Source: an uncultured delta proteobacterium (lineage in GTDB: Bacteria > Myxococcota > Kuafuiibacteriia > Kuafuiibacteriales > Kuafuiibacteriaceae). From it: a stretch of DNA of 64,000 nucleotides. The DNA lies in contig CAWDML010000009.1 of the NCBI GenBank assembly GCA_963803435.1, positions 448,001 through 512,000 on the forward strand, in the 5' to 3' direction. Shown here in pieces: positions 47,501 to 56,855 of the stretch. The translations under genes and the position numbers were made by a program. The notes beneath the pieces are model-generated. The model saw only the letters and a list, made by a program, of their open reading frames with translations. It did not search any database and had not been told where the DNA came from. Within the stretch, counting starts at the first letter, position 1. Each line of letters opens with the position of its first letter.

Positions 47501-48122
47501 CTAGGAGCGTGTAGCGCGTAAGCGCTCACGCGACCCCGGTCCGGGTCCCGGTCCCGGTCCGGGTCCCGATCTGAAGATGGCTGCCTTGAGTCAGACGCTC
47601 GCGACGGTCGCGAGCTTCGATCGGTAGAGCTTGAGCAGGTTGTGGGTGAGGCAGACGAGCGTCCCCTCGGCTCGTACCTTGAAGAAGGAGCGTAGCGAGA
47701 ACCGGCGGAATCCTCGTGCCCCTTTGATCTCGAGAGACAGCCGCTTCTCCTCCTCGGCCATCCGCTCGTAGGTCATCGCCTTGTGCTTGCTCGCGTTCGC
47801 CTGCACCTTCGAGCCATCGAGTGCGACGTGTCCGAGCCGCACCAAACCTGCTTTCTGGCAAAGCTTCAGGACTTCGAGGAAGAGCGCTTTCAGTGCCTCC
47901 AGGTGGACCAGCCGAAACTCGTTGATCGTCGTGAAGTGGGATGACTTTCTCCAGCCAGCACCCGGAATGGAATGTCTTCGTAGGTCGCCCGCGCGATCCT
48001 CCGCGACGAATAGATGCCGGTGCAGTAGGCGTACAGAAGCAGCGCGATCATCATTCGAGGCGAGTACGGTCGCTCGCCTCGCGGGTCCTTCTCGGAGTCC
48101 AAGAACGGTATTGCTTCGCCAC
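47501..48122 (-). pseudogene. IS1182-family transposase remnant
   Basis: Matches 23082..23939 with extra ~120 bp and 96 bp deletions and frameshifts. Confidence 0.85.
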
Positions 48123-48241
48123 GAAACCATGGGATCAAGTCCAGGCGTCGAAGTCGATCCGCCCAACGATCGATTCCAGACGAAACGACCTCCAAGACCT
48201 TCTGCTGGTCAAAGTGGACGAGCTACCGCAAGCTAGATTGC

Positions 48242-48609
48242 ATGGTCACTTTCGATCACGAGAAGCTCGAGGTCTACCAGCTCGCCGTCGAGTATGCCGA
48301 CATCGCTGAAGAGATCGCACAAGAACTGCAACCCGGTCACGCTCACGTCCGCGATCAGCTTCGGCGGGGATCCGATTCCATCGTGAACAACACCGCCGAG
48401 GGCGCCGGAGAGTTCATCCACCTGAGAAGGCTCGCTTCTACCGGATGGCACTTCGCTCTGGCACCGAAAGCGCCGCCTCACTCCACACCTGCTCGAGGCG
48501 CCGACTCCCCAACGAGCAGCAGGTCCAAGCCGCCAGAGCCAAGCTCAAGCGCGTTGTCGAGAGGCTCACGCGCCTCATCAAGTCGATGAACGCACGCCGG
48601 GCTGCATGA
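48242..48609 (+). pseudogene. Four-helix-bundle protein, copy R, frameshift near 48415
   Basis: MVTFDHEKLEVYQLAVEYADI..NNTAEGAGE then a one-base loss; the corrected frame ends LTRLIKSMNARRAA*. Confidence 0.8.
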
Positions 48610-48679
48610 TCGCCATCGGGACCGGGACCGGGACCGGGACCCGGACCGGGCTCGCGGTAGCGCTACGCGCTACACGCTC

Positions 48680-49255
48680 CTAGTACGGCACGCCCTTGCT
48701 CCGCTCCGCGCCGAGCGCTCGTGCGAACCACTCGAGCTCGTCGAGGAATCAATCCATCCGTCGGTTCATCCCCGCCGGATCTGCCGGCACGCCCTCTTCG
48801 TCGAGGCTGTGCTCGACCTTCGGCACCGGGACGATCGAAGGGATCGTCGCCAGCCCCAGCTCGGGGAGCAGCGCTCTGAGCTGCACGGAGGCTCGCACCC
48901 CGCCGAATGGGCCCGCCGAGTAGCAGACGATCCCCGCCGGCCGCCAGAACCACTCCTCGAGGAAGTGATCCAGGAGGTTGGAGAGCGCCGGCGGGATGCT
49001 GTGGTTGTACTCGCCCGTCACCACCACGAAGGCGTCCGCCCGGCCGATCGCCTCCGCCATCCGCTCGAGGTTTTCCGGGGCGTGGCCTTTCTCGAACTCC
49101 TTGTACATCTTGTCGAGGAGCGGCAGCTGCAGCTCCAGCGGATCGAACAGCGTGACCTCGTGGCCCCGCGACTCCGCCCGCGACACCACATAGCGGGCGG
49201 CCCGGATGCCCCGGCGCTCGGAGCGGACGGATCCGTAGATCACGACGAATCTCAT
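48680..49255 (-). CDS. NADPH-dependent FMN reductase with in-frame TGA at 48749-48751
   Basis: GSVR, EYNHSIPPALSNLLDH, YSAGPFGGVRA; after the TGA the same frame reads FLDELEWFARALGAERSKGVPY*. Confidence 0.85.
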
Positions 49256-49332
49256 CGGTCGGCTCTTTTCCCGCCGGGCGACCGCACGTCAAGCCTTGAG
49301 CGCGCGAGCTTCATCGCGGATGCTCCCGCCCG

Positions 49333-51237
49333 ATGCAGGCCCCGATGCTGGCGCTCATGCTCCTCGCCTCCCCCGCGTCCGGTGACGCGGTCGATCGGTT
49401 CGAGGTCAACTGGCCCGCTCGGCGCCTCTGGGTCGGCGCCAGCCAGGTCTCGGGCATCAAGATCCGCGCGCTGGGCTCGGATGGCCACATCCTCTCGGGC
49501 TATGCCGGCTCGGTCCGGATCGACGGCCTGGCCGTCACCTCGTCGCTGGCCGCCGTCGGCGGTGTGATCGAAGTGCCGCCCACCGCGGTCAGCGCCGATC
49601 GCATCGTGGTCGCGGACGGCGGGGCGAGCTCGACCATCGAGGTGCCGACGCTCCCGGGCGCGCTCACGCTCCTGCCAGCGCTGCTCGCGATCGCGCTGGC
49701 GTTGATCACGCGCGAGGTCCTGCTGAGCTTGTTCGGGGGCGTGTGGCTCGGCGCGCTCCTGATCCACCAGAGCTTCTTTCTCTCGTTCCCGCGCTCGCTC
49801 GACGTCGTCGTGGCGGTCACCGCCGATCAGGACAAGCTCAAGATCATCATCTTCACCATGCTGATGGGAGGAATGGTCGGGATCATCAGCCGAAACGGCG
49901 GCACCCGCGGCGTGGTCGACGCGATCTCGAAGTGGGCGCAGTCGCCGCGCTCCGGATCGATCGTCACCTGGCTGCTGGGGATGATCGTGTTCTTCGACGA
50001 CTACGCCAGCGCGCTGCTGATCGGCACCACGATGCGTCCGATCACCGATCGGCTGAAGATCTCCCGCGAGAAGCTCTCCTACATCGTCGACTCGACGGCC
50101 GCGCCCATCTCCTCCCTCGCGATCATCTCCACCTGGATCGGCTACGAGGTGAGCGTGCTCGGCGACTCCGTGAAGGCCGCCGGGATCGACCGCGATCCCT
50201 ACGAGATCTTCGTCAGCGGGATCCCGTCGCGCTTCTATCAGATCTACACGCTGCTCTTCGTCCTGATCGTGGCGTGGATGGGCCGCGACTTCGGCTCGAT
50301 GCTGCGCGCCGAGCAGCGCGCTCGGAAGAAGGGGCTCGTGATGCGCGAGGGCGGTGAGCCCTTGATGGACGCCGGCCTGGTCGAGGAGGTCGACGAGATG
50401 CGGGTCGCCAAGGCGCGCTGGTGGCTGGCCGCGCTGCCGCTGGTCGTCCTGGTCGGCGGCGTCCTCAGCATCCTGGTCTCGACCGGCCTCCAGGCCGCCG
50501 CCGCGGATCCGCAAGCGTATGAAGCGGCCCGCGCGCTGGGTGCGACCCGCACGCTCGGCTTCATCCTCAGCAACGCCTCCTCCTACGACGCCCTGGTCTA
50601 CGCCGGAGCGGCGAGCGCGGTCGTGGCCTTCCTCGGCTCGGTCGCCGTTCGCGCCATGACGATGAAGCAGGTGCTCGAGTCGTTCGTGCGGGGGCTCCGC
50701 GCCATGACGCTCGCGATCGTGGTCCTCTGTCTCGCCTGGTCGATCGGGAAGGTGATGTCGGACCTCTACGCCGGCGCGTTCGTGGCCGAGCTCATCGGAC
50801 CTGCGCTGCCGGGCTGGTCGCTGGGCGCGATCACGTTCGTGCTGGCGGCGCTGATCTCCTTCGCGACCGGGACCTCGTGGGGGACGATGGCGATCCTCTT
50901 CCCGATCGTGGTCCCGGTGGCCGCGCTGCACGCGGGCACGCCGGACTTCGACTCCATCCTGCTCTGCTCCACCTCCGCCGTGCTGGCGGGCGCGGTGTTC
51001 GGCGACCACTGCTCGCCGATCTCGGACACGACCGTCCTCTCCTCGATCGCCTCGGCCTCCGATCACGTCGACCACACCCGCACGCAGATCCCGTATGCGC
51101 TCACCTGCGGCGGCGCGGCGCTGCTGTTCGGCTACATCCCGCTGGGCTTGGGCGTTCCGGCGCCCCTGCTCTTGGTCCTGGGGGTCGCCGCCCTGGTGGC
51201 GTTCCTCCGCCTGGTCGGCCGCCGCCCGGAGGCGTAG
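49333..51237 (+). CDS. Na+/H+ antiporter NhaC family protein with N-terminal periplasmic domain
   Basis: FFDDYA, SREKLSYIVDSTAAP, FATGTSWGT, GDHCSPISDTT, HVDHTRTQIPY. Confidence 0.9.
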   Translation: MQAPMLALMLLASPASGDAVDRFEVNWPARRLWVGASQVSGIKIRALGSDGHILSGYAGSVRIDGLAVTSSLAAVGGVIEVPPTAVSADRIVVADGGASSTIEVPTLPGALTLLPALLAIALALITREVLLSLFGGVWLGALLIHQSFFLSFPRSLDVVVAVTADQDKLKIIIFTMLMGGMVGIISRNGGTRGVVDAISKWAQSPRSGSIVTWLLGMIVFFDDYASALLIGTTMRPITDRLKISREKLSYIVDSTAAPISSLAIISTWIGYEVSVLGDSVKAAGIDRDPYEIFVSGIPSRFYQIYTLLFVLIVAWMGRDFGSMLRAEQRARKKGLVMREGGEPLMDAGLVEEVDEMRVAKARWWLAALPLVVLVGGVLSILVSTGLQAAAADPQAYEAARALGATRTLGFILSNASSYDALVYAGAASAVVAFLGSVAVRAMTMKQVLESFVRGLRAMTLAIVVLCLAWSIGKVMSDLYAGAFVAELIGPALPGWSLGAITFVLAALISFATGTSWGTMAILFPIVVPVAALHAGTPDFDSILLCSTSAVLAGAVFGDHCSPISDTTVLSSIASASDHVDHTRTQIPYALTCGGAALLFGYIPLGLGVPAPLLLVLGVAALVAFLRLVGRRPEA

Positions 51238-51242
51238 CGCTC

Positions 51243-53201
51243 TTACAGCGAGGCTCCGAAGCGCTCCATCAACACGCTCGTCCCCAGCACCAGGTTGAGC
51301 GCCCAGGAGGCGCGCAGCGCACGCAGGTCCTTGGCGCCGGTCTCGAGGTAGCGGAGCCTCGCCTCGACGGCCGCGGGATCGAACAACCCCGCCTTTGCCA
51401 GCGCCGAGGGGGAGAGCGCGGCGTCGACGAACTCGGGCCGCTTCGGCTGGAAGAGCCAGCGCGTGATCGGCGCCATGAACGCGCGCTTCTTGCGACGGCG
51501 GGCGGCTTCGAGGATGACGCCGGTCAGGGCGCGGCGGAGCAGGTGCTTCTCCTGGAACGCGCGGAGCAGCAGCCGCGGGGGCACGCGCTGGGTGAGCTCG
51601 GCGATCCGATGATCGAGGAACGGGACGCGCGCCTCGACCGAGTGGGCCATCGTCAGTCGATCGCCCAGCGCCAGCACCCAGCCGTCGAGGCGGCTGGCCT
51701 GCTCGAAGGCGAGCTCCCGGTGGAGCAGCGCGGCCGGCGTGCCCTCTCCCTCGAGCGCTCGCGGTGGTTCGGGGAGGAGCGCCACCGGATCGAGCGACCC
51801 GAGCAGCGCCGCCCTCGCCTCGGCCGTGAGGAGCGCCGAGGACTCCTCGAGGAGCAGCCACCAGTGCTCGATCCAGGGTGGGATCAGCCGGTACCGCTCG
51901 GCCACGCTGGACTCGTCCCGCGACCAGCGCACCAGCGAGGAGACAATGCCGCGACGGCCAATCCCGAGGAGCAGCAACCCGCGCAGGAAGGCGTCGCGGA
52001 GCGGGCGCAGCACCCCGCCGAGCGCCCGCCGCGCGCGGCGCAGGCGAAAGGCCGCGTAGCCGGCGAAGATCTCGTCGGACCCCTCGCCGGTCAGGATCAC
52101 CTTCAGTCCGGCGCCGTGCACCGCGCGCGCGAGCTGATGGAGGCAGAACGCGACCGTGTGCACCTGAGGGGCCTCCATGGCTGCGATCGTGGCGCCGTAG
52201 TCCTCGGCGGAGATGCCGGTGATCTCCACCCGCGTGTGTTCCGCGCCGATCGCGCGGGCAACCAGCTCCGCGATCGGGGTCTCGTCGTAGCCGGCGTCGG
52301 CGGAGGCGAAGCCCATCGAGAAGGTCTGGAGCGGCCGGTCGAGCGCGGCCGCCGCCAGCGTGGCGATCGCCACCGAGTCGAGCCCGCCCGAGAGGTAGCT
52401 GCCCACCGGAACGTCCGCGATCAGGTGCTCCCGAACGACCTCGGTCAGGAGCGCGCGGAGCGACTCGGCGGCCGCGCCCGGATCCGACCGCGCCGCCCGC
52501 GCCCGCGTCGAGGGATACTCGATGGCCCAGTACCGCGCCGTGTGGTCCGCGCCGTCGAGCTGGAGCGTGCGCGTGCTCCCCGGCGCCAGCGCGCGGATCC
52601 CGGCGAACATGGTGGCGGGCGGCATCGGATAGCCGGCGGTCATCACGTCGAGCAGCGCCCGAGGATCGAGCTTCGGCTGGACGATCCGCGTGGCGAGGAT
52701 GGCCTTGGCCTCCGACGCGAACAGAAGCAGGTCACCGCGGGCGCGATCGGCCGTGAACAGCGGCTTGATCCCGAAGCGGTCGCGCGCGAGGACCAGGCGG
52801 CGCCTGTTCGCGTCCCAGAGCGCGAACGCGAACATGCCGGTGAGTGCACCGGGCAGCGCCTCGCCGAGGTCCTCGTAGCCGTGCACCAGGACCTCGGTGT
52901 CGGCGTTTGTCCGGAACCGGTGGCCCGACGGCTCGAGGCTGCCGCGCAAGGCCCGGTGGTTGTAGATCTCGCCGTTGAACACGACGGCCACCTGCTCGTC
53001 CTCGTTGAACAAGGGCATGTGTCCGTGCTCGACATCGATGATCGAGAGGCGCGTCGAGACCAAGCCGCAGTGCGGCGTGACCAGCATGCCGGTGTCGTCC
53101 GGCCCGCGGTGCTGGAGCGCCTCCGCCATCCGGGCCAGGAGCGCGCGGCCTTCCTCCGGGTCGATCCCTTCCCGAGAGAAGTATCCTCCGACACCGCACA
53201 T
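51243..53201 (-). CDS. asnB: Asparagine synthase (glutamine-hydrolysing) family amidotransferase
   Basis: MCG N-terminus, HRGPDD, FNGEIYN, RDRFGIKPL, LSGGLDS, TGEGSDE, EARVPFLD. Confidence 0.9.
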   Translation of the reverse strand: MCGVGGYFSREGIDPEEGRALLARMAEALQHRGPDDTGMLVTPHCGLVSTRLSIIDVEHGHMPLFNEDEQVAVVFNGEIYNHRALRGSLEPSGHRFRTNADTEVLVHGYEDLGEALPGALTGMFAFALWDANRRRLVLARDRFGIKPLFTADRARGDLLLFASEAKAILATRIVQPKLDPRALLDVMTAGYPMPPATMFAGIRALAPGSTRTLQLDGADHTARYWAIEYPSTRARAARSDPGAAAESLRALLTEVVREHLIADVPVGSYLSGGLDSVAIATLAAAALDRPLQTFSMGFASADAGYDETPIAELVARAIGAEHTRVEITGISAEDYGATIAAMEAPQVHTVAFCLHQLARAVHGAGLKVILTGEGSDEIFAGYAAFRLRRARRALGGVLRPLRDAFLRGLLLLGIGRRGIVSSLVRWSRDESSVAERYRLIPPWIEHWWLLLEESSALLTAEARAALLGSLDPVALLPEPPRALEGEGTPAALLHRELAFEQASRLDGWVLALGDRLTMAHSVEARVPFLDHRIAELTQRVPPRLLLRAFQEKHLLRRALTGVILEAARRRKKRAFMAPITRWLFQPKRPEFVDAALSPSALAKAGLFDPAAVEARLRYLETGAKDLRALRASWALNLVLGTSVLMERFGASL

Positions 53202-53283
53202 GGAGATCAGAGCTCAGCTCCGCATCGCTGCCAGCCGCATAACACAGCGAGTCCGAGCGGTCGACCGCGGTAGACTGCGCCCG

Positions 53284-53823
53284 ATGCCGACCATCGAGCT
53301 GGAGATGCGCATCGAGGCGCCAATCGAGCGTGTGTTCGACCTGGCGCGAAGCATCGATCTCCATCGCGTGACGCAGTCGCGCCACCGCGAAGAAGCGATC
53401 GCGGGGGTGACGACCGGTCTCATCGGGCTGGGAGAGGAGGTCACCTGGCGGGCGACCCACTTCGGACTTCGCCTCCGGCTCACCTCACGGATCGAGGCCT
53501 TCGATCGCCCATGGCACTTCCGCGACTCCATGGTGCGCGGCCCGTTCGCGCGCTTCGATCACGACCATCACTTTCGGGCCGACGGCGCCTCGGTCGTGAT
53601 GCGGGATGTCTTCGACTACCGCTCGCCGCTGGGCTGGCTCGGACGCCTCGCGGACGGACTGGCGGTCGAGCGGCACATGACGCGCCTCCTCGAGGAGAGG
53701 GCGGCAATCCTCAGACGGGTCGCCGAGTCCGACCAGTGGACGGCGTTCCTCACCGCGGCCGGCGACGAACCGTTGCGATCTGGAGCACACCCTCCGGGGG
53801 GTGACAGATCGCGCCGCCCCTGA
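53284..53823 (+). CDS. SRPBCC family protein
   Basis: IEAPIERVFDLARSIDLH, VTWRATHFG, FRDSMVRGPF..HDHHF. Confidence 0.85.
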   Translation: MPTIELEMRIEAPIERVFDLARSIDLHRVTQSRHREEAIAGVTTGLIGLGEEVTWRATHFGLRLRLTSRIEAFDRPWHFRDSMVRGPFARFDHDHHFRADGASVVMRDVFDYRSPLGWLGRLADGLAVERHMTRLLEERAAILRRVAESDQWTAFLTAAGDEPLRSGAHPPGGDRSRRP

Positions 53824-53835
53824 CACCCTCGAAGC

Positions 53836-54162
53836 GTGGATCCCACCAAGCTCGGTGCGAAACAGAAGGTCGGCACCCCTGCCGCGAGCCCGGCGCTCGC
53901 GGGCCGCGTGGCGCCCAAGGCCTCCTTCGAGGCGACGCTGGCCGCACGCACGCAGAAGAAGACCGCCGCCAAGACGCCGGTGCGGAGCGCCGTGCAGGAG
54001 GCCATCGACCAGAGCCACGGGGGCACCAATCCGGCGCTCCTCGAGGAAGCGGAGAAGCAGCTCGGCCTGCAGCTGGCCCGCTCGATCCTTCAGAACCCCC
54101 AGCCGGCCCCCCTCAACGTCGATCCGCCCGAGGATCCAGCCTCTGAAGAAGACGACGGCTGA
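53836..54162 (+). CDS. Small hypothetical protein
   Basis: 108-aa ORF with coding-like codon pattern filling the gap between genes; no recognised motif. Confidence 0.55.
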   Translation: MDPTKLGAKQKVGTPAASPALAGRVAPKASFEATLAARTQKKTAAKTPVRSAVQEAIDQSHGGTNPALLEEAEKQLGLQLARSILQNPQPAPLNVDPPEDPASEEDDG

Positions 54163-54165
54163 GGC

Positions 54166-54531
54166 TCAGAACCACTCGCATTCCGCCGGCGGCTTGGATC
54201 CCTCCTTGAAGATGACCGCCTGACCCTCTCCCGACGGCGCGCCCATCGTGTTGGACAGCTCCACCGAGATCACGGCGTCCGCGCCCACCTTCCGCGCCTG
54301 CTTCGCCAGCCCGGTCTTCGCCTTTCGATCACCGCCGTAGCTGTTGAGCTCGACCTTGATGTCGGCGATCGCCAGGTACTCGACGCCCGGCGGGGGGCGC
54401 CCTTGAAGGATGCAGACCGTTCGATCGTGGCTCGGGTAGGACTCCTTCACCAGCGGCGTGACGGTCACACCGCGGCACGCAGCTCCGGATAAGACGAGCC
54501 CCCCGAGGGCCGCCAGCCACCATCTTTGCAT
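54166..54531 (-). CDS. Small lipoprotein (YbjQ/RcsF-like fold candidate)
   Basis: GAAC lipobox; LAKQARKVGADAVI motif. Confidence 0.65.
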   Translation of the reverse strand: MQRWWLAALGGLVLSGAACRGVTVTPLVKESYPSHDRTVCILQGRPPPGVEYLAIADIKVELNSYGGDRKAKTGLAKQARKVGADAVISVELSNTMGAPSGEGQAVIFKEGSKPPAECEWF

Positions 54532-54576
54532 GCGCCTGTTTGGCAGGGACCGAATCCAGTTTCAAGCCCGGCCCGC

Positions 54577-54840
54577 TCAACCGATGACGTGAAAGTGCCT
54601 CGGATCCTTCGAACAGACGATGTGGGCACGCGTAATCTCGAGCGGCGACCCGCAGCGGTCGCAGTGGACGTCGACGCCCCGCTCGAAGAGCGTCCAGACG
54701 TCGTCGCCGGCATTCTCGCCGGCCGTCGCGTAGTAGCGGCCGTCCGCCGCCGGGGCCGGGTCCACCGTCCGCACCTCCCGCGGCTCCGGGACGACCTGGC
54801 CCTCCACTTCGAAAAGCTCGAACACCGCTCGCGTCTTCAT
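54577..54840 (-). CDS. Small putative zinc-binding protein
   Basis: GAGGTG RBS; CDRC..HIVC..H. Confidence 0.55.
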   Translation of the reverse strand: MKTRAVFELFEVEGQVVPEPREVRTVDPAPAADGRYYATAGENAGDDVWTLFERGVDVHCDRCGSPLEITRAHIVCSKDPRHFHVIG

Positions 54841-54843
54841 TGA

Positions 54844-55467
54844 TCACCTCACCGGCAGGTCCGCGTACTCGGCGAGGGCCTGCACCTCGAGCCAGATCGC
54901 CCGCCGCTCGACGCGCGAGGGCCGGCGTCCCTCACGATAAAGAAAGGCGCGGCTGCGAGCCCGGACCTCGTCGAGCTGGGTCGAGCGGTCCCCGCGATGG
55001 TGGCGCAGCACGTGCGATGACTCGTGGACGAGCGTCGCGACCACCGCCGCGACCGAGCGGTGGTTCCGCACGAAGACCTTGATTCGATTCGCCACCACGT
55101 CCGCCATTCCCAGCAACCGGCAAGGGCCCAGCCCGAAGTCGAGGACGACGGAGGTACCGAGCGCCCGGACCTGACGGAGCGAGCGCCACGCCACCGGATT
55201 CGCGCCGACGAGACGCGCGATCCGCCGCGCAGCGATCGGATCGAGCGGATCGATCGCGTTGCGCGCCTCGATCGACGCCGCGCGCTCCTGCGAGACGCGG
55301 ACCTCGAGCGGATCGGCCGAACCACCCGGCGCCGTCGCGGGCGGAGGAAGGCAGCCTGGGATCGACGGGGCCCGGAGTCGCCTCGCCGGCGCCGGCCGCG
55401 CGCTCAGGCTCGGCGCGATCGCCGGCGGTGCGAGCCGCGCGGGCTTGGTGATCCCCGACCTGGTCAC
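54844..55467 (-). CDS. Putative zincin-motif (HExxH) protein
   Basis: TLVHESSH..DEVRA; probable GTG start at 55467 after GAGG. Confidence 0.55.
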   Translation of the reverse strand: MTRSGITKPARLAPPAIAPSLSARPAPARRLRAPSIPGCLPPPATAPGGSADPLEVRVSQERAASIEARNAIDPLDPIAARRIARLVGANPVAWRSLRQVRALGTSVVLDFGLGPCRLLGMADVVANRIKVFVRNHRSVAAVVATLVHESSHVLRHHRGDRSTQLDEVRARSRAFLYREGRRPSRVERRAIWLEVQALAEYADLPVR

Positions 55468-55531
55468 ATCGCCTCGGAAGAGCACACGGCGTGCCGGCCC
55501 CGCCGGTGGGCGATTGACCCCAGGGGTCCGT

Positions 55532-55585
55532 CCGGAACGTCCGAAACGTCCGAAACGTCCGAAACGTCCGAAACGTCCGAAAGGT
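55532..55585. repeat. 9-bp tandem repeat CCGAAACGT x6 (first and last units imperfect)
   Basis: Read directly from the sequence. Confidence 0.9.
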
Positions 55586-55799
55586 CCGGCGCTCGAGGAG
55601 CGAGTGTCCCTTGGTACAGTGAGTTGGGTCTTCGCTCCGCCGCGGGGTCGAGGGCCCGCCCCGCGTCCGGGCGCGCCGGCGCCCGCTGCGAGACCGGCGG
55701 CCACCGCCCCAGCGACGAGCCATACGCCAGGGGGAACGAGCCCCACCAGAGATTGAGCTGCGCCGCCCGATCTGATAGCCGAAAGCGGTCCGAGCTCGT

Positions 55800-56855
55800 A
55801 TGTCTGCCGACGATCCCTGGCGCGCCCTCCGCGAGACCCTCGACGCGCACCGCCGCGCGGGGCGGCGCATCGTCACCACCAACGGGTGCTTCGACGTCCT
55901 CCACGCCGGCCACCTGAGCCTCCTCGAGGAGGCCCGGGCCCTGGGCGACGTGCTGGTGGTGGGCATCAACGGCGACGCCTCCGTGCGCCGGCTGAAGGGA
56001 CCGGGTCGCCCTCGCATGTGCTCGTTCGATCGAGCGCGCCTGCTGGCGGCGCTGGCGCCCGTCGATCACGTGGTGGTGTTCGAGGACGATCTCCCGCTCC
56101 ACTTCCTCGAGCAGGTCCGGCCCCACCTCCATGTGAAGGGCGGCGACTACGACGCCGACCGGATGCCGGAGACCGCGCTGGTCCGGCAGAACGGCGGCGA
56201 GGTTCGCGTGCTCCCCCTGATCGAGGGGCGGTCCAGCTCGATCGCGCAGCTCGACGGCGCGCCGGCCGAGGGCACGCCCGCCCGGACCGCCCTGGTCGAG
56301 TGTCTCCGCTGGTCGAACGTGGTGCGCCAGACCGGTTACCGGCTCGCGGAGGCCATCGCCCGGGAGGGCGAGCGCATGCACGCGGTCCTCGCCGGCGGCG
56401 GACGCCTCCTGGTCTGCGGCAACGGCGGTAGCGCCTGCGACGCGGACCATTTCGCCTCGGAGCTGATCGGACGATTTCGTCGCGAGCGGGACGGCGTCGC
56501 GGTGATCAGCTTGGTCGGCGGCACCGGTGCCCTGACCAGCCTCTCGAACGACTTCGGCTTCGCCGAGGTGTTTCGCCGGCAGATCGTCGCGCTGGCGAAG
56601 GACGGTGACCTGCTGCTGGCGATCTCGACCAGCGGAAGGTCCGAGAACGTCCTCCGCGCGCTGACCGAGGCGAGGGCGCGCGGTGTGTTCACCGTGCTCC
56701 TGACCGGGCAGACCGGCGGGCCGGCCCAGGCGCTGGCCGACGTCGTCCTCGACGTCCCGAGCGACGATACCGTCGAGATCCAGCAGGGGCACCGCGCCGT
56801 GATCCACGCGCTGTGCGAGCGGATCGACGCCTTGATAGGTGAGGGTTCAAGATGA
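55800..56855 (+). CDS. Fusion: heptose-1-phosphate adenylyltransferase (HldC/RfaE-II) plus sedoheptulose-7-phosphate isomerase (GmhA)
   Basis: TNGCFDVLHAGH, SVRRLKG, VKGGDY; then CGNGGSACDADH, NDFGF, STSGRSEN, IQQGH. Confidence 0.85.
   Translation: MSADDPWRALRETLDAHRRAGRRIVTTNGCFDVLHAGHLSLLEEARALGDVLVVGINGDASVRRLKGPGRPRMCSFDRARLLAALAPVDHVVVFEDDLPLHFLEQVRPHLHVKGGDYDADRMPETALVRQNGGEVRVLPLIEGRSSSIAQLDGAPAEGTPARTALVECLRWSNVVRQTGYRLAEAIAREGERMHAVLAGGGRLLVCGNGGSACDADHFASELIGRFRRERDGVAVISLVGGTGALTSLSNDFGFAEVFRRQIVALAKDGDLLLAISTSGRSENVLRALTEARARGVFTVLLTGQTGGPAQALADVVLDVPSDDTVEIQQGHRAVIHALCERIDALIGEGSR

Larger units (their letters stand above)
47501..48683. mobile_element. Non-autonomous IS1182-family element, copy R (inverted relative to L, more deleted)
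   Basis: Same TIRs ending in CTAG at both ends; 1183 bp against 1421 bp for copy L. Confidence 0.85.

Noticed and set aside
51243-53201. Lasso peptide cyclase cluster
   Set aside because: Intact N-terminal Cys glutaminase domain and no precursor, B1 or B2 genes nearby.
55532-55585. CRISPR array
   Set aside because: Contiguous 9-bp units without spacers; no cas genes. The same applies to the hexamer arrays.
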